Notes under the pieces: model-generated
Database searches by the model: none
Told to the model about the DNA's origin: nothing
The model's input: the letters and a program-made list of their open reading frames with translations, nothing else
NCBI GenBank assembly: GCA_027073795.1
Contig: JALTEW010000492.1
Span: 1-39,273, forward strand
Length of the DNA stretch: 39,273 bases
Origin: a bacterium
GTDB taxonomy: Bacteria > Desulfobacterota > S145-22
Direction: 5' to 3'
Made by a program: the position numbers and the translations under genes
Part shown: positions 1 to 9,352 of the stretch, piece by piece
How the letters are laid out: the number at the start of each line of letters is the position of its first letter
Numbering within the stretch: the stretch's first letter is position 1

Positions 1-47
1 TAGAGGAAAATGAGGATCAAAGACCTCTCACGGTCCAGAAGGAAAAA

Positions 48-1397
48 TTGAGAATCATGCTTAACTTGACCGAGACGGCATTCAAGAGGGTGGAAGAGGG
101 ACTCTATTCCAAGAGTGTCATTAAACATGGGCTCGATATCTTTGTGAGCGAAGTCTTGTTTTCTCCAACGGGGAAAACTCAAAGGATTGTAGACACCTTT
201 AAGGCTAAATACGGAAGGAGACCGCCGGGATTTTTGGTCATCGGACCTACAAAGAAGTGTAACCTCCATTGCAAAGGCTGCTACGCCTCTTCACATTCAA
301 AAACAGCAGAAACCATTCCCTTTTCGATTCTGGACAGGATCATAACCGAAAAAACAGAATTGTGGGGGTCGCACTACACTACCTGGGTTGGCGGGGAACC
401 CACGGTGTACCAGAGTGAAGGAAAGGACATTCTCGATATTGCCGAACGTCACCAGGATAACATGTTCCTGATGTATACCAATGGAACCCTGATCGATAAG
501 GCCATGGCCAAAAGGATGGGGGAATTGGGAAATGTTGTCCCCCAGGTGTCAGTGGAGGGTTATGAAAAGGAGACGGATGCGAGAAGGGGCAAGGGGGTTT
601 TTAAAAAGGTTCTCAGGGCGTTTGAAAACATGAGGGAAGAAGGGGTTCCCTTTGGGATTGCGATTACACCCATGAGGCACAACGTTGAACTGCTTTCCAG
701 TGATGAGTTTATAGATTTTTATTTCAACCAACAAAAAATCACCCTGGCGTGGGTATTTCAGTACATGCCCATCGGTAGGGGGTACAGCCTGGATTTGATG
801 ATTACACCGGAGCAGCGTTTGAGGCTCCTGGACAGGGAACGGGAGATTCTTTGGGAAAAGAAGCTTTTCTATGTGGATTTTTGGAATAGCGGTCCCATTG
901 GGTCCGGTTGTATTGCCGCGGGAAGACCCGATGGCTATTTATATATTGATTGGAATGGCGCGGTCATGCCGTGTCCCTATTACCAATTTTCCCCCGTGAA
1001 CATCTTTGATGTCTATAAAAATGGGGGCAACCTGAATGATGTCTATGCGCAACCCTTCTTCGAGGCAATAAGGGACTGGCAGGACAAATATGCCTATAGA
1101 AGGGTAGGAGATGAGACGGGAAACTGGCTTCGCCCATGCCCTATCAGGGACCACCACGAGATAGCTTTGGAAACAATTAAAAAATACGGTGCAAAACCGG
1201 AAGATGATTCGACGGAGAAGTGGCTTCATGATGAAAAATTGCATCAGGGCTTGATAGAATTTGATAAACAGATTGAGGAATTGCTGGACCCCTATTGGGA
1301 AAAGATCTATCTGAAAGGGGAAAAACCGGATCCCGATCCCCGACTTCCTTTCACCTCTTCAACGGTTCCTGAACTAAAAGTGAGCTTCAACAAGTAG
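48..1397 (+). CDS. Radical SAM enzyme with C-terminal twitch/SPASM-like auxiliary cluster region, function unknown
   Basis: 449-aa ORF. It has the CX3CX2C motif CNLHCKGC (C71/C75/C78) followed by a GGEP motif. The C-terminus carries GC-IAAGRPDGYLYIDWN-G-AVMP-C (C-X15-G-X4-C) and a later CPIRDHH. The TTG start lies 5 nt after GAAGGAAAAA; an alternative ATG is at 57. Confidence 0.8.
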   Translation: MRIMLNLTETAFKRVEEGLYSKSVIKHGLDIFVSEVLFSPTGKTQRIVDTFKAKYGRRPPGFLVIGPTKKCNLHCKGCYASSHSKTAETIPFSILDRIITEKTELWGSHYTTWVGGEPTVYQSEGKDILDIAERHQDNMFLMYTNGTLIDKAMAKRMGELGNVVPQVSVEGYEKETDARRGKGVFKKVLRAFENMREEGVPFGIAITPMRHNVELLSSDEFIDFYFNQQKITLAWVFQYMPIGRGYSLDLMITPEQRLRLLDREREILWEKKLFYVDFWNSGPIGSGCIAAGRPDGYLYIDWNGAVMPCPYYQFSPVNIFDVYKNGGNLNDVYAQPFFEAIRDWQDKYAYRRVGDETGNWLRPCPIRDHHEIALETIKKYGAKPEDDSTEKWLHDEKLHQGLIEFDKQIEELLDPYWEKIYLKGEKPDPDPRLPFTSSTVPELKVSFNK

Positions 1398-1509
1398 TTT
1401 CCTGCTTCCAGGATAGTTATCTGGAAAGGCGCACAAATGTGGCTTTATCTATCCTCCCAGAAGCAGTGAGCCGGGTTGTGTTGAGATGAATTCCAAGGAG
1501 GGGTGAGTA

Positions 1510-2484
1510 ATGATTATGGATAAACCGGGCAACAAATGGAGTGTCCTTGACTTTATCAGAATAGGATACGAGGGGATGCCTGCAGCTTCTCTTGGGGGGA
1601 TTGATGTTACCTATAAGTGCAACCTCAGATGTCGTCATTGTTATTTCTTGAAACAGAACTATCATGAGGAATTGTCCATAGAGGAGTGGATCGCGAAATT
1701 CGAAAGGATGAAAAATGAGGGGTTCCCATTCATGATCTGCGGCTGGATCGGAGGGGAGCCCCTTCTTAGAAAGGAACTCATAGAAGAGGGGAGGAAATAT
1801 TTCAAGTCGAATGTGGTTTTTACCAACGGAACAATTGAATTACCCTATTGGCCCGATGTGGCATTTTCCGTTTCAGTTCACGGGACAGCAAAATACCATT
1901 CACAGATAACCGGAGTCGATGCAGCCACCTACCAAAAAATCAAGAGAAATGCGGATAGGGATGATCTCGATGTCGTCATCGCTTTTTGTGTTACACGGCT
2001 CAATTATATGTGTATAGATGACATGCTGGAGGAATGGAGCAAGACGGCTGTCAAGGGTATTGTTTTCGAATTCTATACCCCCATGAAGGGGGAAAATAAC
2101 GAATTGTGGTTAAACTGGGAGGAACGGGACAAGGTCATTGACCACCTGATGTCTCTCAGAAAAGAATATGGGGACTTTATCTGGATTTCTGATCGTATCT
2201 ATCGATTAATGAAGTCCGATAAGGCCCGACAGATTACAGAGAACTGCCCCTTCCCACAGATCGGTTTCAGTTTTGATCCCATGGGGAACCCCAAAACCCC
2301 ATGTCAGTTAGGACCTCTCGCCGATTGTTCCAGATGCGGCTGTATTCTGCCGTATTTTTCCATGCTCCTGACACACAGACGTCTCTTGATCCCAGAATTT
2401 GCAGTCTCTGTTACTAAGAGGGCACTCCACACCGTGACACAACACATGCACAGGCCCAGGCCCTTGCATTTGCACGAAGCATAA
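1510..2484 (+). CDS. Radical SAM enzyme, HpnH-like layout with a C-terminal Cys-rich region, function unknown
   Basis: 324-aa ORF with the CX3CX2C motif CNLRCRHC (C37/C41/C44) and GGEPLL. The C-terminus reads CPFPQIGFSFDPMGNPKTPC...CSRCGC. An AGGAGG lies 9 nt upstream of the ATG. Confidence 0.75.
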   Translation: MIMDKPGNKWSVLDFIRIGYEGMPAASLGGIDVTYKCNLRCRHCYFLKQNYHEELSIEEWIAKFERMKNEGFPFMICGWIGGEPLLRKELIEEGRKYFKSNVVFTNGTIELPYWPDVAFSVSVHGTAKYHSQITGVDAATYQKIKRNADRDDLDVVIAFCVTRLNYMCIDDMLEEWSKTAVKGIVFEFYTPMKGENNELWLNWEERDKVIDHLMSLRKEYGDFIWISDRIYRLMKSDKARQITENCPFPQIGFSFDPMGNPKTPCQLGPLADCSRCGCILPYFSMLLTHRRLLIPEFAVSVTKRALHTVTQHMHRPRPLHLHEA

Positions 2485-2604
2485 CTACCTATTTTTATCA
2501 TTTGCGGCGTTGCTACAAAAAAACTGGAAGACACGGAAATGAAAGTGCACGTCTTTAGCTAAATTCAGTGTCTCATCCTACAAGTTAAATCCTGTTTATC
2601 CTGT

Positions 2605-3501
2605 CTAACATTTCTTCTCTGCCTCTTTCATAAGTCTCTTCCAGTTGGCATTCACATTCCGCTGAATCTGCACTTTTTCCTCATCGCTTATCAGATAAAA
2701 ACGGCCCTGACTTTCGAGGTATTTTGTGACAGGAACTTTTTTAGGGGGTATGTAATTGATGGTCAGCCTGGAACCGTTTTCTACTTCATAAAGGGGAAAG
2801 ATATGCGTCAGGGTTGCCAGTCTTGCTACCTCGATCGACTCAGACGAAGGGATCCGCCACCCTGTAGGGCAGGGAGACAGGATATGAATAAATTTCATCC
2901 CCTTGATAGAGGCCGCCTTTTTGGCTTTTCTGAACAAATCATCAGGGAACGCCACATTTGCGGTAGCGGTATAGGGAACGCCATGGGCCGCCATGATACG
3001 CACAATATCCTTTTTCGGGCGATCCTCCAGACCCCCCTTCGGAGTGGTGGTTGTCCATGACCCTATGGGAGTCGCCGAGGAACGCTGGATTCCCGTGTTC
3101 ATATAGGCCTCATTGTCATAGCAGCAATAGATTATATCATCATTTCGCTCCGCCGCGCCGGAAAGTGCCTGGAAACCGATATCAAAGGTTCCGCCATCCC
3201 CCGCCCATGCCAGGACATTCACGCCTTTTTCCCCCTGGATGTCGAGCGCGGCTCGCACCCCTGTAGCAGCGGCAGCTGCCGTCTCAAAGGCGGTATGAAT
3301 CAACGGAACATCCAGGCAGGTGGAGGGAAACAGGCCGGCGATAATCGACCAGCAGCAGGCGGGAATAACCACCACAGTTTTCTTCCCAAGGGCTTTGAGG
3401 ACATACCGCATGGCAATCGTCGCCCCGCACCCCTGGCAAGCGAGATGCCCTGGATACAAGAATTCTTTTTGTTCCTCTATGACATAGGTCGGTTCAATCA
3501 T
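2605..3501 (-). CDS. 2-oxoacid:ferredoxin oxidoreductase beta subunit (TPP-binding), PorB/VorB/KorB type
   Basis: 298 aa. It has an N-terminal CQGCG motif and the TPP motif GDGGTFDIGFQALSGAAERNDDIIYCCYDNEAYMNTG. Its ATG overlaps the alpha-subunit stop as ATGA (3498-3501). Substrate specificity cannot be read from the sequence. Confidence 0.9.
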   Translation of the reverse strand: MIEPTYVIEEQKEFLYPGHLACQGCGATIAMRYVLKALGKKTVVVIPACCWSIIAGLFPSTCLDVPLIHTAFETAAAAATGVRAALDIQGEKGVNVLAWAGDGGTFDIGFQALSGAAERNDDIIYCCYDNEAYMNTGIQRSSATPIGSWTTTTPKGGLEDRPKKDIVRIMAAHGVPYTATANVAFPDDLFRKAKKAASIKGMKFIHILSPCPTGWRIPSSESIEVARLATLTHIFPLYEVENGSRLTINYIPPKKVPVTKYLESQGRFYLISDEEKVQIQRNVNANWKRLMKEAEKKC

Positions 3502-4646
3502 AATCTGACCCCCTTGAATATCGTCGTGGAAAGGGGAACATCGGCACCAAGGGCATCAAAAAACATGGATTCTATCAGGTCAGGCGTAATGTCCCGTCCC
3601 CCAAGGCCGGCAACAAATCCCCAGACTGGGCGGGAATCCTCTTTCAAGGCAGCACGCACCTCATAAGCGAAAATACCCCCCGTCCCAGGAGAAAGGTCCC
3701 TGTCCAGCACAAGGATCTTTTTCGCGGGCTTTAGGGCTTTTCTGAGTTGTCCCCCAGGAAACGGCCGGAACATCTTCAGCTTAATACGGCCCGCCTTGAT
3801 CCCTTTTTTCCTCAGGCCATCCACCACCATTTGGGTCGGACCGGCGAGAGACCCCGCAGCAATCATGACAAGTTCGGCATCTTCACACCGGTAAGGCTCG
3901 AGTATTCCATACTTGCGCCCCACCTGGGTCTCATATTCGTTTTCAATCTTTTCAAATTCCCCGAAAACCCTTCCGTAGGTATCGTGTAGCTTTATTCGAA
4001 ATTCCATGTGAAAATCCGGGTTGGTCACACTACCAAACGCCCGTGCTTTCCCCACCTCCAGGGCCTCCGGATTATTCAGAGGTGGTAGAAAAGCGTCAAT
4101 AAGCTTCTGATCCGGGATGTCCACCGGCTCATAGGTATGAGATAGAATAAAGGCATCATAGATAACCATGACGGGAATCTTGAGGCTCTCAGATAGTTTA
4201 AAGGCCTGGATGACCGTATCCAGAATCTCCTGGTTGCTCGCACAGTAGAGCTGTATCCACCCTGTATCTCGCTGAGACAGGGTATCGGTCTGTTCATTCC
4301 AGATGTTCCATCCCGGGGCAATGGCCCGGTTGACCGCAACCATCACAATAGGCAAACGCCCCCCCGAGGCCCAGTGAAGCAGCTCATGCATCAGGAGAAG
4401 CCCGTGAGAGCTCGTTGCCGTAAAGGTCCTCACACCCATGACAGAGGCGGCGATGCAACAGGCCAGTGCGGAATGCTCCGACTCCACTTTTATGAATTTT
4501 GCTTTAAGCTCTCCCCGCGCCACCATAGCGGATAATTCCTCCACCACATGGGTCTGGGGTGTAATGGGGTAAGCCGAGATAACCTGGGCACGGGACAGGC
4601 GTACCCCATGGGACGCCGCAAAATTTCCCATCAATACCTTCTTCAT
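3498..4646 (-). CDS. 2-oxoacid:ferredoxin oxidoreductase alpha subunit
   Basis: I start the gene at MKKVLMGNFAASHGVRLSRAQVISAYPITPQT, a typical PorA/KorA N-terminus, rather than at the track's 4706. That ATG at 4646 overlaps the upstream stop as ATGA (4643-4646). Confidence 0.9.
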   Translation of the reverse strand: MKKVLMGNFAASHGVRLSRAQVISAYPITPQTHVVEELSAMVARGELKAKFIKVESEHSALACCIAASVMGVRTFTATSSHGLLLMHELLHWASGGRLPIVMVAVNRAIAPGWNIWNEQTDTLSQRDTGWIQLYCASNQEILDTVIQAFKLSESLKIPVMVIYDAFILSHTYEPVDIPDQKLIDAFLPPLNNPEALEVGKARAFGSVTNPDFHMEFRIKLHDTYGRVFGEFEKIENEYETQVGRKYGILEPYRCEDAELVMIAAGSLAGPTQMVVDGLRKKGIKAGRIKLKMFRPFPGGQLRKALKPAKKILVLDRDLSPGTGGIFAYEVRAALKEDSRPVWGFVAGLGGRDITPDLIESMFFDALGADVPLSTTIFKGVRL

Positions 4647-6355
4647 ATGTTTTCCTCCACCATGATGATGGCCCCACGGGGACATTCGCGGGCACAGATA
4701 CCGCACCCTTTACAGTGATCCAGATCAACTTCGTATCCTTCCCCGTCATCCGACCGGGTAATGGCCACATCCGGGCAAAAAATCAGGCAGTTATCGCACA
4801 TCACGCAATCCCCGCAGTGAAAACATCGAGACGCCTCTTTAAGCGCCTGCGGGCTGGCCAAGACTTTCACAATCTCACCAAATCCGGTTTTTCGCTGATT
4901 TAATGGCAGGTGTCGCACCTTAGACCGCTTTGCATCTGGAAAGTAAAAGTCGTTAATCTCTTCAAAGGGAACGGCGTCGCCTTCCGGAATCTCATAACCT
5001 TCCAGATAGGCCCGCATGGATATTCCTCCGCTACCGGGGATCTCTATTTTCCGGAAATCCACCTTTTTAGATTGCAAAAAGGCATCGATAGACACTGCCG
5101 CGCGTTTCCCCCATCCAATCGCATAGGCTACCGTTCTCTGGGAACCGATGACATCCCCCGCCACAAAGATATTCTGCCTGTCTGTTTCACAAAGGCTTGC
5201 CCCAGGTTTTGCCTCTACATCCCAGGGAAGGTCCGCTGGTTTCTCTCCAGTCGCGAGAATAACCGTACTCGCATCTATCGTGAAGGTATCATGGGGATCA
5301 ATCATTACCTTGCGCCTTCCTGATGCATCCAGTTTCCCCGGCCTCGTGCGTGCAAACCCCACACCCACCACACGACCGTCAGCGTCCCGCTTGACACTTT
5401 GAGGGGCGGACAGAAATGTAAAACCAACACCTTCCTCGATAGCTGCCTCTACTTCTTCCTCAAAGGCGGGCATGTCCTCGCGCGCCCGTCGATATGCCAC
5501 GGTAACCTCCGCCCCAATTCTGAGGGCACACCGTGCCACATCAATGGCCGCATTACCACCGCCAATGACCAGAATCTTCCCTTTGAGGGATATCATTCCT
5601 CCCTCGTTCACCTTCTTGAGAAACTCAAGGGCCTGCCAGACACCTTCTCCTGCCTGATGCACAAGTCTTGGGTTCTGAAACTTCTGGGCGCCCACCGCCA
5701 GAAGGGCAGCGTCAAACCCGCTTTCTCCAAACTCTTTTTCTGTTAAGGCCTTACTGGTTACAAACGCGATTCCCATCGCACGAAGGTTATTTATTTCTTG
5801 GTCCAAGACATTCTTTGGTAATCGGTACGAGGGAATCCCGTAACGTAACAGCCCCCCTAGTTCGCGTTCTTTTTCAAATACCGTCACCGCGTATCCCATC
5901 CGTCTCAGGTGATAGGCAGCCGTTAGCCCAGTGGGCCCTGACCCTAAAACCGCCACGGATTTTCCGTTTTCCTCGTCCGGCATTTTTGGTTTCCACGTTC
6001 CGTGATCCGCCACCCAGCGTTCAAGTTGATGAATCGCGACCGGCTGGTCCAGAAAGCCACGGTTGCAGGAGCCCTCACAGGGATGAAAGCATACCCTTCC
6101 ACAAATTCCCGGGAAGGGGTTTTCTTCCCTTATAACGGAAAGAGCACCATTAACATTCCCCTCTTCAATCCTTCGGATGAAGGTCTCGATGGGATTTCCG
6201 GCTGGACACCCCAACAAACAGGGCGACAGGCGCGTCACGTGAATGGGCCGGACACTTCGCCACGTTCCGGTTGGATTCCATAAGGTTGTGCCCCGGGTGA
6301 CGGGCGAATCGGGAAGTTCCTCTATCGAATGAAACTGGACCAATTTCCCAAGCAT
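4643..6355 (-). CDS. Fusion protein: GltD/NfnB/SudA-like FAD/NAD(P)H oxidoreductase flanked by PorD-type elements, ending in a 2x[4Fe-4S] ferredoxin domain
   Basis: 570 aa. The N-terminus has NPTGTWRSVRP (PorD-like), then CLLGCPAGNPI and CGRVCFHPCEGSC (GltD N-terminal Fe-S region). Two Rossmann signatures follow: VAVLGSGPTGLTAAY and ILVIGGGNAAID. The C-terminus has CVMCDNCLIFCP and CKGCGICARECP. The gene sits exactly where the delta subunit lies in gamma-delta-alpha-beta operons. Confidence 0.85.
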   Translation of the reverse strand: MLGKLVQFHSIEELPDSPVTRGTTLWNPTGTWRSVRPIHVTRLSPCLLGCPAGNPIETFIRRIEEGNVNGALSVIREENPFPGICGRVCFHPCEGSCNRGFLDQPVAIHQLERWVADHGTWKPKMPDEENGKSVAVLGSGPTGLTAAYHLRRMGYAVTVFEKERELGGLLRYGIPSYRLPKNVLDQEINNLRAMGIAFVTSKALTEKEFGESGFDAALLAVGAQKFQNPRLVHQAGEGVWQALEFLKKVNEGGMISLKGKILVIGGGNAAIDVARCALRIGAEVTVAYRRAREDMPAFEEEVEAAIEEGVGFTFLSAPQSVKRDADGRVVGVGFARTRPGKLDASGRRKVMIDPHDTFTIDASTVILATGEKPADLPWDVEAKPGASLCETDRQNIFVAGDVIGSQRTVAYAIGWGKRAAVSIDAFLQSKKVDFRKIEIPGSGGISMRAYLEGYEIPEGDAVPFEEINDFYFPDAKRSKVRHLPLNQRKTGFGEIVKVLASPQALKEASRCFHCGDCVMCDNCLIFCPDVAITRSDDGEGYEVDLDHCKGCGICARECPRGAIIMVEENI

Positions 6356-6414
6356 TTTTACCCCTCGTCTCTTACAAGCTCTTTTAATTTATCCTTCTAC
6401 GAGATTGAGCCACC

Positions 6415-6960
6415 TCACTCAACAAGGTTGTATGCCTCTTCAGCGGCCGCCAGATTTCGCTTAACCTTAACGGGACTCTCCTCCTTGACCGCCTCCAAAA
6501 CGGCAGGTAGACCCACCAGGCCGCTCGCCTTCGCAAATGCCCCCAGAACGGCTGTATTCACAATCGGGTTTTCTTTGCTTCCCAAACCATGCTTGATAGC
6601 TATTTCACTTGCATTCACCACATGTATATTGTAATCCTTAAGCGACGGGAAATCAGGCGGTTGAAGTTTGGTATTAATTAACACAAAGCCCCCTTTCTCC
6701 AATCCCTGCGTCACATCCACCCGCTTCATGAGAGAGGGATCCAGTACCACGACGTGGGTCGGGGTATAGATATTGTGGTGGTACAGAACGGGCTTGTCAT
6801 CCACCCGAATAAACGCCGCGACTGGAGCGCCTCTCCTCTCGGCACCGTACGTGGGAAAGGATTGGACACCCTTTCCTTCCTTGAAAAACGCGACTGCCAG
6901 CATTTTTGAAGCAACCACGGATCCCTGTCCGCCCCTTCCATGAAACCGTATTTCAAGCAT
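6415..6960 (-). CDS. 2-oxoacid:ferredoxin oxidoreductase gamma subunit
   Basis: 181 aa. The N-terminus MLEIRFHGRGGQGSVVASKMLA is the canonical PorG/KorC signature. It is the first gene of the co-oriented oxidoreductase cluster. Confidence 0.9.
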   Translation of the reverse strand: MLEIRFHGRGGQGSVVASKMLAVAFFKEGKGVQSFPTYGAERRGAPVAAFIRVDDKPVLYHHNIYTPTHVVVLDPSLMKRVDVTQGLEKGGFVLINTKLQPPDFPSLKDYNIHVVNASEIAIKHGLGSKENPIVNTAVLGAFAKASGLVGLPAVLEAVKEESPVKVKRNLAAAEEAYNLVE

Positions 6961-6983
6961 TGTTCTGCCCTCTCTTTCCCCCG

Positions 6984-7574
6984 TCAGGGAGAATAAACCA
7001 CAACCAGCGCCCTTGGTGGTTTGTCTCCAAGCCCTCGATACCCGTGAGAAAGCCCGGAATCAAAGTAGATACTATCCCCCTTCTCAAGAATGATGGTTTC
7101 CTCATTTGTAAAAAACTCAAGTTTCCCCTCTAAAAGGTGCAAAAATTCCTCCCCCTTGTGCTGTTGCATGGGAACCTCCGCCCTTTCCCTAATGTCAAAC
7201 TTCACGATAAAGGGCTCCATGTGTTTGTCATCCTTCTTGAAAGCGAGAAGCTCATAGGAATATCCCGCATCTTTGCCTTCTATAAGCATAGACTCCCTGG
7301 AGGAAGAGACTTCATGATGTCGAACCACCGTAACCTTCTGGGGGAAGGCCTCATCTGAAAAGAAATGGCTGATTTCAACCTTCAGGGCCGAGGCAATGCG
7401 CAGCAGCGTCGCGATAGGGGGAGACACCTGCTCATTTTCAACCCTGGATATCAGGGCCTTGGAAAGCCCCGTGCGTTTCGATACATCCTCCAGCGTCAGC
7501 CTCTTGGATTGCCGGATCGCACGAATTTTTCTGCCAATCGCCAACGCCTTCAGTTTTTTCTTTATTTCTTCCAT
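6984..7574 (-). CDS. XRE-family HTH transcriptional regulator with a C-terminal cupin domain
   Basis: 196 aa. The N-terminus IRAIRQSKRLTLEDVSKRTGLSKALISRVENEQVSPPIATLLRIASAL is an HTH_3 motif. The C-terminal cupin contains HKGEEFLHLLEGKLEF...GDSIYFDSGLSHG. The gene ends 23 nt before the gamma subunit on the same strand. Confidence 0.85.
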   Translation of the reverse strand: MEEIKKKLKALAIGRKIRAIRQSKRLTLEDVSKRTGLSKALISRVENEQVSPPIATLLRIASALKVEISHFFSDEAFPQKVTVVRHHEVSSSRESMLIEGKDAGYSYELLAFKKDDKHMEPFIVKFDIRERAEVPMQQHKGEEFLHLLEGKLEFFTNEETIILEKGDSIYFDSGLSHGYRGLGDKPPRALVVVYSP

Positions 7575-7607
7575 CGTCTCCCTTCTTTTTTACTTCTGCT
7601 AAATCTA

Positions 7608-7636
7608 TATTTAATTTAAATAAATTTATTTGTCAA
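7608..7636 (-). promoter_or_regulatory. Putative sigma70 promoter for the XRE-cupin regulator
   Basis: On the minus strand there is TTGACA (plus coordinates 7631-7636), a 17-nt spacer and TAAATA (7608-7613). This lies about 30 nt upstream of the regulator ATG in a very AT-rich tract. Confidence 0.35.
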
Positions 7637-7763
7637 GAGTTTTTCTTCCGCTTTTCACCCGTGTTTACACGGGAAGGCAAGATTACAAAACATACGAATC
7701 GAAATGAGCAACTTGCCCTGACCGATTTTACCCTTCTCATACAAAACCGCTTTTCTTTGTCTC

Positions 7764-7792
7764 TTGACTTTTTTACAAGCTCTGCCTATACA
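7764..7792 (+). promoter_or_regulatory. Putative sigma70 promoter for the TolC/adaptor genes
   Basis: TTGACT (7764-7769), a 17-nt spacer and TATACA (7787-7792). This would give a leader of about 110 nt before the ATG at 7907. Confidence 0.4.
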
Positions 7793-7906
7793 TGACGATA
7801 TATTCTGAACGCGGGGGCTTTGACCGAACAAGAGGGGAGTTTATTGAAACAACTGTTTGGATATACTAGAAAAAATTTTTTCTATTCTCCCTGCCAAGGA
7901 GGAGAC

Positions 7907-9316
7907 ATGCGGAAACGTGCCAATGGTTTTACTTCCCTGTTTATAGCTGTTCTTTTGGTTTTATTCCTTTGCGCACCCTCCAAACTACCGGCAGCGGAAA
8001 TAACTCCTGCAGCCCCACCGGACAAACTGAGCCTTTCTCAGGCTATTGCCGTTGCCTTGGAACAGAATTTGGAGGTTAAGGCCATCAGGGCAAAGTTTCG
8101 GTCCTCCATGGCTCAAAAATTGATGGCAACGTCCGGGTTTTTCCCAAGAATAAATCTTTCCGAGGTTTACTCGCGAAGCAACAACCCTGTTTATTTCTTT
8201 GGAATGCGCCTGAATCAGGGAAAGTTTGTCATGTCGGATATGCAGATCGATCGGTTGAATGACCCCCCGACCCTCAACAATTTTCTGACACGGTTCCAGA
8301 TTGTACAGCCAATCTTTAATGGGGGCGACGTCTGGGTTGGACATCAACAGGCAAAATTAATGGTCAAAAGCACGGGGGAGGAAAAGGCACAGAAAGAAAA
8401 GGCTGTCATCCTGTCGGTTATCGAAGCCTATGATGGCGTTTTGCTGGCCAAGGCATTTCTTGCTGTTATCCAGGATGCCGTCAGAACAGCTCGGGAACAT
8501 GTCAAGATAGCAGAGTCGATGTACAAGGAAGGGTTGGTGGTCAAATCTGACCTGCTCAGTGCACGCGTCTATCTTCTCAGTCTTCAGGAAGAAGAAATCC
8601 GCGCTAAAAATATGGTTACCCTTGCCATAACTGCCCTCAATGATGCTATAGGATATCCCCTTCACTGGAATTATGAATTGACAGGCAATATGGTAGGGGG
8701 TTCCCCTCCCACGTACCCTGTTGAGTCCTTCTGGAGCAAGGCTCTTGCAAGCAGAAACGATTTGAAGAGCCTTAAATTCAAAGAAGAGGTGGCCTTAAAG
8801 GAAATAAAAAAGTCCAAACTTCATTTCCTCCCCTCTCTGAACCTCATGGGAAACTGGGATAATTACGATAAAAACTTCGGCCAGGATGGGGGAAAGGACT
8901 GGTCATTAATGGTCGTTGCAAACCTGAATCTCTTTGGCGGTGGATATGATAAAGCCAAATATGACAAAGCAAAGGCAGATTACGAGCGGATTCACTTCCT
9001 CAGGATGCGGATGGAAAGTGGCATTAAGCTCCAGGTTCGACAGGCCTATCTGAAAATAAAAACAGCCGCAAAACAGTTGAAGGTTGCTGAAACTGCCGTC
9101 AGCCAGGCCAAGGAATCGCTGAGAATCGTTAAAAACCGGTACAAGAACCGGTTGACAACTATGGTTGATGTTCTGGATCGGGAAGTTGCCCTGAAATCTG
9201 CCGAGGTTCGGTTAACACAGGCAAAATATAGCTATGAAACAGGTCTGGCGAGGCTAAAATTCGCCATCGGAAGCTTAAGCAAAGATTTTCCCGAAAAAAG
9301 GCGCCTTTCTGAATAA
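7907..9316 (+). CDS. TolC-family outer membrane efflux protein
   Basis: I place the start at the ATG at 7907 (MRKRANGFTSLFIAVLLVLFLCAP, a signal peptide), preceded by AAGGAGG. The protein has the two-repeat TolC architecture with coiled alpha-helical segments. The C-terminal ...YSYETGLARLKFAIG is typical of the OEP family. Confidence 0.85.
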   Translation: MRKRANGFTSLFIAVLLVLFLCAPSKLPAAEITPAAPPDKLSLSQAIAVALEQNLEVKAIRAKFRSSMAQKLMATSGFFPRINLSEVYSRSNNPVYFFGMRLNQGKFVMSDMQIDRLNDPPTLNNFLTRFQIVQPIFNGGDVWVGHQQAKLMVKSTGEEKAQKEKAVILSVIEAYDGVLLAKAFLAVIQDAVRTAREHVKIAESMYKEGLVVKSDLLSARVYLLSLQEEEIRAKNMVTLAITALNDAIGYPLHWNYELTGNMVGGSPPTYPVESFWSKALASRNDLKSLKFKEEVALKEIKKSKLHFLPSLNLMGNWDNYDKNFGQDGGKDWSLMVVANLNLFGGGYDKAKYDKAKADYERIHFLRMRMESGIKLQVRQAYLKIKTAAKQLKVAETAVSQAKESLRIVKNRYKNRLTTMVDVLDREVALKSAEVRLTQAKYSYETGLARLKFAIGSLSKDFPEKRRLSE

Positions 9317-9352
9317 TGGCAGTAACCTTCTAAGGATAGTCGCTCAAAGGAG

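Noticed and set aside
48-2604. The radical SAM pair as a RiPP (peptide-modifying) cluster.
   Set aside because: I could find no plausible precursor peptide ORF with an SD in the 112-nt spacer or the 120-nt downstream region; only 7-10 codon frames occur. No protease, transporter or RiPP recognition element gene is present in the window. It cannot be excluded, because the upstream flank is missing.
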